A DNA stretch of 64,000 bases. It comes from Candidatus Saccharibacteria bacterium CPR2 (GTDB taxonomy: Bacteria; Patescibacteriota; Saccharimonadia; Saccharimonadales; QWHN01). Where the stretch lies: contig QWHN01000001.1 of assembly GCA_021404905.1 (NCBI GenBank), positions 130,162 to 194,161 on the forward strand, in the 5' to 3' direction. A program made the translations under genes and the position numbers. Numbering within the stretch: the stretch's first letter is position 1; each line of letters starts with the position of its first letter. A model generated the notes under the pieces. The model did no database searches. It had not been told where the DNA came from and was given only the letters and a program-made list of their open reading frames with translations. Shown here piece after piece: positions 18,891-25,549 of this stretch.

Positions 18891-19147
18891 CCATATAACT
18901 GTGAATGCGTTCCTATTAGAGAAAAAATTATTACTTCACTGCCCTCTCTATAAAAAAGCGCTCGCAAATCGCCTGAAATATTTATGCTGTAATAGCCCGC
19001 GTACTTACCTCTTAACGGATGGAGTCTTAGGAGAGGATTGGTTTGATCGATCAAAAAAAGCTTTAAACGCTCATCAAATTGACTCTGAATTTTTGTCGGA
19101 AGTTTCTCGTATTGCTGTTTAAATTTTTTATCAAATCTAAGTATCAC
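18887..19147 (-). CDS. relE: Type II toxin, RelE/ParE superfamily
   Basis: 86 aa. LHPLRGKYAGYYSINISGDLRALFYREGSEVIIFSLIGTHSQLY fits the RelE/YafQ-type pattern. GTG start overlaps the antitoxin stop (GTGA). Confidence 0.85.
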   Translation of the reverse strand: MILRFDKKFKQQYEKLPTKIQSQFDERLKLFLIDQTNPLLRLHPLRGKYAGYYSINISGDLRALFYREGSEVIIFSLIGTHSQLYG

Positions 19148-19413
19148 GATTTAAGTTCTTTTAGAAAATCATCAACGTTATCGAAAGGCTTGCTTATCTC
19201 GCCATTTTCTCTGTCTCTTTCTACCTGCTCAATTAAACTTTCAAGCTTAGGTGTCATTTGTTCGGGAGCATATATCTCAATTCGTCTAGTAGCCACAATC
19301 TGCTTTAAGTAACTGTTAACTAAACTACTAAGTGTAATCCCAGCGTCACGTGCAAGCTGTTGAGCAGCTCTCTTAGTTTCGTCATCGGTCTTGATAGTAA
19401 TAACTTTACTCAT
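19144..19413 (-). CDS. relB: Type II antitoxin, RelB/DinJ family
   Basis: MSKVITIKTDDETKRAAQQLARDAGITLSSLVNSYLKQIV is a ribbon-helix-helix N-terminus. The track ORF extends to 19479, but the internal Met at 19413 gives the canonical N-terminus. Confidence 0.8.
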   Translation of the reverse strand: MSKVITIKTDDETKRAAQQLARDAGITLSSLVNSYLKQIVATRRIEIYAPEQMTPKLESLIEQVERDRENGEISKPFDNVDDFLKELKS

Positions 19414-19560
19414 AATACCGAGTATACACAAGGTATTACGTGTGTCAAGGAAAGCATGTATCTTTAATGGCTTCTTCATGACGACTGGTTCCTTGCAAGG
19501 ACGGTCCTTGCAAAACCAATTAACCAGTTTGGATTTGAATGGTAGTTATGTGATTTACGC

Positions 19561-19603
19561 CTCGCTTCATCTCTTGATAGTTATATATGGCACCGAGGCC
19601 GGA
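19561..19603 (+). pseudogene. Remnant of a recombinase 3' end plus a degenerate att-like core (right end of a decayed sibling element)
   Basis: ctcgcttcatctcttgatagttatatatggcaccgaggccgga aligns with 28158-28201, ctcgcttcgtgtcttgatagttctatatggctcccggggccgga. The encoded LASSLDSYIW compares with the recombinase C-terminus LASCLDSSIW. Weaker homology continues about 40 nt further upstream. Confidence 0.65.
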
Positions 19604-19647
19604 TATCGCGTTCACTCTATTCATACTCCTTCCTGCGCTCCTCGTCC

Positions 19648-19830
19648 ACCGAACCTCCGGTTCGATGTTCAGCTTCGCAGAACTTCAAAAGAAAAACCCA
19701 ACCACAAGGGGTCAGGCGTTTCTTTTGGCTCCCCCTACACCACTCAATCAGCAACCTATCTTTAGAGTATCAAGTTGATGGTAATTACCTCAAGGATTTG
19801 GCTAAACGACTAAGGTTACGGGGCAATTTA
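19648..19830. repeat. Conserved non-coding left-end module, copy B
   Basis: Direct repeat of 18708-18890; see that feature. Confidence 0.75.
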
Positions 19831-19860
19831 CTCGCTGGTGCAACTGTTTAGCGGACTAGT

Positions 19861-20130
19861 TTATAGCCCCTTGAACAGTTGTTCTAGCGAAATATCCAGC
19901 GATTTAGCAATCTTAAAGAGCGTTGATAGTGTTGGTTTACGGCGACCTTGCTCAATAAAGCCCATATGTGAGCGGTCAATTCCGCTGTTAGCCGCCAGTT
20001 TTTCTTGGCTCATACCATTAGAATTGCGAGCTTTTACGATACGCTTTCCTAGTTCAGTGTAGATTTGGTCAACAGATGATGCTTTCACATCTTTAGCGTA
20101 TTGATTACAATTGTAAGTAACCACTGACAA
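19861..20130 (-). CDS. XRE/Cro-CI-type HTH transcriptional regulator
   Basis: LGKRIVKARNSNGMSQEKLAANSGIDRSHMGFIEQGRRKPTLSTLFKIAKSLDISLEQLF is a canonical HTH_3 domain. The start is uncertain (TTG at 20130 or GTG at about 20088). Confidence 0.8.
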   Translation of the reverse strand: MSVVTYNCNQYAKDVKASSVDQIYTELGKRIVKARNSNGMSQEKLAANSGIDRSHMGFIEQGRRKPTLSTLFKIAKSLDISLEQLFKGL

Positions 20131-20137
20131 ATGTCAG
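20124..20137. promoter_or_regulatory. Candidate operator: perfect palindrome CTGACA-AA-TGTCAG in the XRE/ltp divergent region
   Basis: Read directly from the sequence. It sits between divergent genes and overlaps the longest XRE start; TATACAAT follows 9 nt downstream. Confidence 0.35.
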
Positions 20138-20171
20138 CAAAAGGTATACAATGTTATCAACTTAATATGTA

Positions 20172-20690
20172 ATGAAAGGTTTTGAAATGGCAGATAAAAA
20201 GCAAGGTAATTGGTTTGGAAGGCATAAAATCTTGACCGTCATTGGTGTAATTGTTCTTTTGGCAATTATCGGCGGTGCTGCTGGCGGCGGTAATACAAAT
20301 ACTTCAACAAGCAGTACGCCAACAAATAGCCAAACTACCCCAACTGCTGAAAGTAAGCCAGCTGCAAAAGAAGAACCTAAAGTACCTGCTGAATATAAAT
20401 CGGCATTAGCCCAAGCTGATACATATGCCAATCAACTACACCTGTCAAAGAAGGGTCTATACGACCAACTGGTTTCAGAGTATGGCGGTAAATTTAAGCC
20501 CGAAGCAGCACAATACGCAGTAGATAATGTTAAAGCTGACTGGAATGCCAACGCACTTGCCCAAGCAAAAACCTATCAAAATGATTTGCACCTATCGCCA
20601 GCTGGTATTCGTGACCAGTTAGTATCTGAACACGGCGGTCAATTTACGGCAGCAGAAGCCGATTACGCTGTTGCACACCTCAACGACTAG
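20172..20690 (+). CDS. Ltp-family surface protein (two Ltp repeats), membrane-anchored; phage-type superinfection-exclusion family
   Basis: TM anchor ILTVIGVIVLLAIIGGAAGGG. Two repeats: AEYKSALAQADTYANQLHLSKKGLYDQLVSEYGGKFKPEAAQYAV and NANALAQAKTYQNDLHLSPAGIRDQLVSEHGGQFTAAEADYAV. No lipobox Cys. The likely start is ATG 20187, preceded by an AAAGG SD. Confidence 0.8.
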   Translation: MKGFEMADKKQGNWFGRHKILTVIGVIVLLAIIGGAAGGGNTNTSTSSTPTNSQTTPTAESKPAAKEEPKVPAEYKSALAQADTYANQLHLSKKGLYDQLVSEYGGKFKPEAAQYAVDNVKADWNANALAQAKTYQNDLHLSPAGIRDQLVSEHGGQFTAAEADYAVAHLND

Positions 20691-20738
20691 GGGGGTAGTC
20701 GCCCTTCTTTTCTGTTATAGGTACTCCGCAGTGTAAAT

Positions 20739-20754
20739 GCCGAATTTTTTCGGC
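20739..20754. terminator. Bidirectional hairpin between convergent genes
   Basis: The palindrome GCCGAATTTTTTCGGC (GCCGAA + TTTT + TTCGGC) is flanked by A/T runs. Confidence 0.5.
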
Positions 20755-20782
20755 TGCAAAAATACCAAGCGTTTTTGGCGGC

Positions 20783-21424
20783 TTAATTTGATTGCTTTTT
20801 AGGCTTAGCTTTCTTTGCTTCTTCAATCAGTTTAGCTTCGCTAATCGCACATCTGTGAATTGGTCCATCGGCGTTTTCTCTATCAAATAGCAAGGACAGG
20901 TAGTGTCTGTCTTTACCGTTAAACCCAAAGATATTGACGATATTGAACCTACCCTCAGAAACTATTTTTGCTAACTCAGCTTCGTGTAAATCACCATCCA
21001 TATTGCAAAAGACGATTAAATGTCTATTTGCGGCATAGTTTTCGCCGTTAGACGATTTATCCTGAACACGGTCGGCAACGGTTTCAAGCAAGGTGTTATG
21101 CTTCTTGTTTCTATGTGTAGCAAGTGTCTGTTCCACATACACTGCTTCGCTTTCGCCCCGAACTAAACCGCCATCATCATTGTCTAGCATTTTGGCAACT
21201 CGCAAACTATCACCAGTCTTGTCCATAAGTGCAATGGCGTGGATGATAAGCCCAATCCATTCCCGTTTGCTCATATTTGTGTCAGTTATCTTGTCGCTAT
21301 CCTCAATCCAGTTTGGGTCATTTAAGCCAGGCAGCACGAACAATTTAAATGCTAGGTATGGGTCAATGGCAATGCCTTGTGCCTTTATGGGTACGCCTTT
21401 GGGTTTCCAAGTGTAGTCAGTCAT
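20783..21424 (-). CDS. Hypothetical protein, last gene of the element cargo operon
   Basis: 213-aa ORF. Its start (ATG 21424-21422) overlaps the stop of the upstream gene by 1 nt. Lys-rich C-terminal tail; no motif recognised. Confidence 0.6.
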   Translation of the reverse strand: MTDYTWKPKGVPIKAQGIAIDPYLAFKLFVLPGLNDPNWIEDSDKITDTNMSKREWIGLIIHAIALMDKTGDSLRVAKMLDNDDGGLVRGESEAVYVEQTLATHRNKKHNTLLETVADRVQDKSSNGENYAANRHLIVFCNMDGDLHEAELAKIVSEGRFNIVNIFGFNGKDRHYLSLLFDRENADGPIHRCAISEAKLIEEAKKAKPKKQSN

Positions 21425-21903
21425 TAGCCAACTTCAAACTCAACTACTGGCAAGCCTGATGATGCCATTTCAGTTTCAATGTGCTGTTGCATATTTTTGG
21501 CATCCTCAAATGATACGCCTCTTGCAGCAGTCCGTTCACGCAACAAATCATCGCCAATTTTCAAATGTACGATACGGTCAGCGTCTAATACCACTGTACC
21601 GAAGACAGGTTCGCCAGGTTTTACTTTGACCCGCTCTTTGGTCAATCGTGTCATAGTTTCACCAATTTCAGGTGTCCACGGTGTTTGGCAAACATAGTCG
21701 GCTTCGTCTTTGGTCAGTAGCGGAAACACCAGTTTGTCCATATCCTTAGCGTCAGCAAGATGTTCAATCAGTGTACTTTTGCCAGTGCAAGTACCGCCAA
21801 GCACCACAACTCGCTCGTCTTTGTACTGGTCTAAAACTGATTGAAGCTCGGCTGCCTGTCGCTGTTTTGCAACTTCTAACGACTGCTCACGCTCTGACAT
21901 CAC
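21424..21903 (-). CDS. Small P-loop NTPase / kinase-like protein
   Basis: Walker A motif VVVLGGTCTGKSTL. At 159 aa it has the size and layout of small nucleotide/nucleoside-kinase-like P-loop proteins. Confidence 0.65.
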   Translation of the reverse strand: MMSEREQSLEVAKQRQAAELQSVLDQYKDERVVVLGGTCTGKSTLIEHLADAKDMDKLVFPLLTKDEADYVCQTPWTPEIGETMTRLTKERVKVKPGEPVFGTVVLDADRIVHLKIGDDLLRERTAARGVSFEDAKNMQQHIETEMASSGLPVVEFEVG

Positions 21904-22663
21904 TTAATCTCTCAATGTATTCGGAAAATCCATCCTCAGTTACTAAGCCAATAACTTCGTTGGAAGCGGCTTTTAGTTCATCCACGGCGTTACCCATCGC
22001 CACTTTATGCTTTACCGCATTGAACAAATGAATATCGTTATGACCGTCACCAACACCAATAGTATCTTCTTGTTTGATTTTTAGTATTTTGAGTAGCTCG
22101 GCAATAGCGTGTTCTTTCGTGGCGTTACGATTTGTAACGTGAATATCATTAAAGCCAGCTCGTTGAGCAACAACCAAAGTAACCGCAACGCCGTCTATTT
22201 TTGATAGCTCAGCTACAATTTGGGGTGCAATCTCTTGTGGCACGAATATCAGTTCAAAGAAATATACTGGTTCGGTAATTTGTAAGTTAGCTACATCAAG
22301 ACCACCATTAAGGTAAGCGTCCTCATCGTTATCGTTATAAAGCACCTTATATTTTGGGTATTTTTTTGCAATGGCTAACGTAGCTGCTAGGTCAGCTTCG
22401 TCTATGTCACACTGCCACATAATTTCACCTGTTACTGGATTGCAAATCTGTGTTCCAGCCGAGATGATACAAGGGTCAACCAGCGACAAACCTTTTAATA
22501 CTGGCTCAGCAAATGTCCACACTCTGCCAGTAGCAGCACAGGCATAGTAGTCTTCCTCTAACTTGCGAATAGCTTGAACTAACCGCTCACTCGGCACTTT
22601 TTGTGAAGGTGAATTGATAGCAGTACCATCAATATCAAAAATCAGTGCTTTGTATTTTCTCAC
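21887..22663 (-). CDS. Cof-type HAD-IIB phosphatase
   Basis: Motif I FDIDGTAI, a cap-domain-sized insert, and motif IV GVGDGHNDIHLF. Confidence 0.85.
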   Translation of the reverse strand: MRKYKALIFDIDGTAINSPSQKVPSERLVQAIRKLEEDYYACAATGRVWTFAEPVLKGLSLVDPCIISAGTQICNPVTGEIMWQCDIDEADLAATLAIAKKYPKYKVLYNDNDEDAYLNGGLDVANLQITEPVYFFELIFVPQEIAPQIVAELSKIDGVAVTLVVAQRAGFNDIHVTNRNATKEHAIAELLKILKIKQEDTIGVGDGHNDIHLFNAVKHKVAMGNAVDELKAASNEVIGLVTEDGFSEYIERLSDVRA

Positions 22664-23115
22664 TTTCCTGCCTCAAAAATCTTTGCCTGAATAGCTTTGA
22701 GCTGTTCAGCTGACATTTGTGGACCTTCGGCTGTCGTAATATAGCCTTTATATTCTTCGGTAAATTCAGTATGGTCAGACCAAACATCGGTTTTGGCTGC
22801 TAACTCGCCGTGAAGCGGTATCAGTTTTGCGTGAACATAAGCAACGCCTGTGCCTTCAAACACCAAAGCAACCCTTGGCACACCCAGTGCTTCTTCAAGT
22901 ATCCTTGCTACATTCTTTGCTGCCAGCATCAAGTCTGAGTAGGCTTTATCGTCTAGGGTAAAAATATAGTCGCCGATGTTGGTTTTAGGTATTAGAACGG
23001 TAAATCCTGGCGTATTTGGAAATGGCGTTAAAAATGCCAGGTGCTTATCATCTTCCCAGACTTTGTAGCTATCCATTTCACCACGAACAATTTTGTCAAA
23101 AATAGTGTCACTCAT
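22660..23115 (-). CDS. HIT-like domain protein with a degenerate histidine triad
   Basis: The N-terminal IFDKIVRGEMDSYKVWEDDKHLAFL...GFTVLIPK matches the HIT fold. The triad position reads YVHAKLIPL instead of H-x-H-x-H-x-x. Confidence 0.65.
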   Translation of the reverse strand: MSDTIFDKIVRGEMDSYKVWEDDKHLAFLTPFPNTPGFTVLIPKTNIGDYIFTLDDKAYSDLMLAAKNVARILEEALGVPRVALVFEGTGVAYVHAKLIPLHGELAAKTDVWSDHTEFTEEYKGYITTAEGPQMSAEQLKAIQAKIFEAGK

Positions 23116-23501
23116 TACGCTAAGTTCTCGTCTAAGAATTGTTTTAGTGCGTTCATATCTTCTTTCGTGTGGTCATAGAAATATGTGGTAATACCAACCG
23201 ACTGAGCAGTCTTAGCCGCTTCTGCATTGTGTTCAAAATAGACAACATCTTCTGCTTTAAGTCCATATTTTTCAAGAAGTATTTTGAAGTATAGCGGGTC
23301 AGTCTTTTCAGGGTCGTGTTTAAGCGTAAATACCTCATACGGCACTTGGTCTAGCTTGAAATGTTTAAATTGCTCGTCGTTTGCACTCGTTAAAACCAAC
23401 TTTTTATTAGGGTAACCTTCTAACAGCTTGTGCATCGGTTCAAGGATGCTGCCATCTTCTAACACCAATCCATTTATAGCGTCTACTAAAATCGTTTTCA
23501 T
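23115..23501 (-). CDS. Small HAD-like protein (motif I D-x-I instead of D-x-D)
   Basis: 128 aa. The N-terminal ILVDAINGLV sits at the position of HAD motif I, and VVYFEHNAEAAKTAQSVGI resembles the motif III/IV region. First gene of the 5-gene operon. Confidence 0.5.
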   Translation of the reverse strand: MKTILVDAINGLVLEDGSILEPMHKLLEGYPNKKLVLTSANDEQFKHFKLDQVPYEVFTLKHDPEKTDPLYFKILLEKYGLKAEDVVYFEHNAEAAKTAQSVGITTYFYDHTKEDMNALKQFLDENLA

Positions 23502-23518
23502 TACTTCTTCACTCCTTC

Positions 23519-23701
23519 CTATTTGTGTTCCATAAATTTCACTAAATCTTCACGCTTGTATCGGCGTAAACCACGCTCGCCAATTCGCACTGCTCTCAAA
23601 ATACCTTTCTTGTCCCAGGCACGAAGTGTGTTGGGATGGACTTTTAGCAGCTCGCTGGCTTGCTTTAGGGTTAGTAATTCTTGCAATGGTTCTTGTGACA
23701 T
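23519..23701 (-). CDS. Excisionase/MerR-type HTH DNA-binding protein (candidate recombination directionality factor)
   Basis: 60 aa. LLTLKQASELLKVHPNTLRAWDKKGILRAVRIGERGLRRYKREDL is an HTH_17-type pattern. Confidence 0.75.
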   Translation of the reverse strand: MSQEPLQELLTLKQASELLKVHPNTLRAWDKKGILRAVRIGERGLRRYKREDLVKFMEHK

Positions 23702-23762
23702 ATTTACTCACTCTTGATAACATTATTATACAGCCATAAAGATGTAGTGAAAGTAGTAAAAG

Positions 23763-24788
23763 GTGTTACACGGCGAAGAAAAAATCTGGTTTCTGGTAAA
23801 TACGCTTGATAAAGAGCGTAAGGTCACGCCCAAGGGCAAGCCCGTGGCATTGCACCCAATGAATGACCTAAACAATCACTACTCCAAATTGGATTTTATT
23901 GACCTGTTTGAAACGCTTGAACAAGACAAAGTCGCCAAGTTACTTAACCAGCTACCGACTGACCAAACCTACGGCAAGTACCAAATCCAGCTATTACCAG
24001 GATTTGATGGCTATGTTGAAAAGCTAGAAGAAAACCCAGAATATCTTGAATGGTCAGGCAAAAAGCCCAAACCTAAAAACTACTTTAGCCCAGAACGGCG
24101 TGTTGACTTTTCTAAGCCCAAAGAAGAAAACAAGGATAAGTACATATCGGTTGGTCAGATTGAAGAATTGATGAAAATGCCCAAGGATGAACGGGCAAAG
24201 ATTGAAAAGAATAGCCTGACCCAAGAACACCTTAACGACATTACAGAGTTTCAAGATGGTTTGGCAAAAGCCAGCAAAGCACTTAAACAAAAGATGGATG
24301 CAGCAGTTAAAGACCTAGTACCTAAAATTAACTTCCCCGATGTTATGAAAACCGACCACATAGCCATAACTCCACCACCAAACTATCAGGCACAATCCGT
24401 CGGGCTTTTAAAGCAGCTTGTTGAGCAGCAAAAGCAGCAAGACAAGCAGGATAATAAAGCTGTGCTAAAAATAACCTACACCAGCTCACGCCAGGTTATG
24501 TTGAACGGCGTATTTCAACTTGCAAGACCATCCCTCAATGGTACAAATGACCTTGTTTTCAACCATCTGTACCAAAACCCAGGCAAGTCATTTTCCAAGC
24601 AGCAGTTAGAAGCAGCTATCGGACAAAAAATTAGCAAGACCCTACATAAGATAGTTGAAAACCTTGGCTTTAAAGGTGATTTAGCCAAAGCCTTCTTTTC
24701 GGTATCAAAAAATAACATTGTATTTAGAAACCCGATTACCCGTGATGAACTAAACGATATGGGCTTGGGCAATATAAAGTTAAGCTGA
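23763..24788 (+). CDS. Hypothetical protein (GTG start); Lys/Gln-rich centre, possible C-terminal winged helix
   Basis: 341-aa ORF divergent from the Xis-like gene; no motif recognised. Confidence 0.6.
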   Translation: MLHGEEKIWFLVNTLDKERKVTPKGKPVALHPMNDLNNHYSKLDFIDLFETLEQDKVAKLLNQLPTDQTYGKYQIQLLPGFDGYVEKLEENPEYLEWSGKKPKPKNYFSPERRVDFSKPKEENKDKYISVGQIEELMKMPKDERAKIEKNSLTQEHLNDITEFQDGLAKASKALKQKMDAAVKDLVPKINFPDVMKTDHIAITPPPNYQAQSVGLLKQLVEQQKQQDKQDNKAVLKITYTSSRQVMLNGVFQLARPSLNGTNDLVFNHLYQNPGKSFSKQQLEAAIGQKISKTLHKIVENLGFKGDLAKAFFSVSKNNIVFRNPITRDELNDMGLGNIKLS

Positions 24789-24860
24789 TAACCATTCCCA
24801 AATGTTCCCATCTTTGCCCGCTCAGGCGAGCAATTGCTTCTATTTAGTTAAGTTGGCTGT

Positions 24861-25031
24861 ATGGATAAGCAGCCACCAAGTAGCACAGCAAAAGCCAGCC
24901 AAGAAAAACCTTGGTCTGATGCTGAACTGCGGCGTGTTGCCCGTGTGTTTGACTTGCTCATAAGGATAGACCAGCGTAAACGAGGAAAAGGTAATGAAGA
25001 AAAACCAGTCAGCAAGCCCAAAACTAGTTAA
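24861..25031 (+). CDS. Possible 56-aa ORF (below the ORF-track cutoff)
   Basis: My translation is MDKQPPSSTAKASQEKPWSDAELRRVARVFDLLIRIDQRKRGKGNEEKPVSKPKTS. It overlaps the next ORF by 38 nt, so only one of the two starts may be real. Confidence 0.25.
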   Translation: MDKQPPSSTAKASQEKPWSDAELRRVARVFDLLIRIDQRKRGKGNEEKPVSKPKTS

Positions 25032-25269
25032 GAAGTGCAACGACTGTAAGTTAATTGAAGCAAAAGCTATCATCTGGAATAACGAAGCTGAAACGCTCAG
25101 CAAAATTATAGACGAAATACAAGGCTTTATGCCGACCTACGGTATTGATGTAAAACTTATCAACCGAATTAAGGAAAGCTGTGAAGAATTGCTTGAAGAA
25201 AGATTGAACTTTCTAGATGGCTACTTAGATTTTTGGCAGGAATGTACTGATGAGCATCACCGAAATTAA
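24994..25269 (+). CDS. Hypothetical small protein
   Basis: 91-aa ORF with an AGGAAAAGG SD upstream. Overlaps the next gene by 20 nt. Confidence 0.45.
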   Translation: MKKNQSASPKLVKKCNDCKLIEAKAIIWNNEAETLSKIIDEIQGFMPTYGIDVKLINRIKESCEELLEERLNFLDGYLDFWQECTDEHHRN

Positions 25270-25549
25270 CATTACGGCCGTCAAGCCAAAAGACGGGCTT
25301 GTTGGCTTTGCCAGCTTCGTGTTTGCTGGTGCGTTGTACTGCGGCTCTGTCGGCATATTTAGCCGTCCTAGCGGCGGTTATAGGCTCGTATACCCTACCA
25401 AGCTAGTTGCAGGTCGTCAGCTAGATGTGTACCACCCAATAACGGGTGCTGTCGGCAGACAGATTGAAGAAGCTGTAATAACTAAATTTGAAGAAGTAAT
25501 GAACAATGCTCGGAATAGACACAGTAGTGCTGAACTTTTATCCCAATGA
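25250..25549 (+). CDS. SpoVG-like protein
   Basis: ITEINITAVKPKDGLVGFASFVFAGALYCGSVGIFSRPSGGYRLVYPTK...YHPIT parallels the SpoVG N-terminal pattern (..KLKAFASVT.D..F.V.DI.V..G..G.FVAMPSRK...HPI). Confidence 0.65.
   Translation: MSITEINITAVKPKDGLVGFASFVFAGALYCGSVGIFSRPSGGYRLVYPTKLVAGRQLDVYHPITGAVGRQIEEAVITKFEEVMNNARNRHSSAELLSQ

Noticed and set aside
18590-19778. Track ORFs 18590..18898, 18784..19122, 19391..19765 and 19587..19778 as protein-coding genes
   Set aside because: They lie on the two copies of the repeated left-end module. A 1-nt indel between the copies moves the shared peptide (TSGSMFSFAELQKKNPTTR) into different downstream frames, so conservation is at the nucleotide level, not the protein level. 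They also run antisense through relE/relB or across the att fragments.
24840-25103. Track ORF 24840..25103 (minus strand) inside the element
   Set aside because: It is antisense to two overlapping plus-strand candidates in an otherwise plus-strand operon, and its hydrophobic low-complexity translation has no start context.
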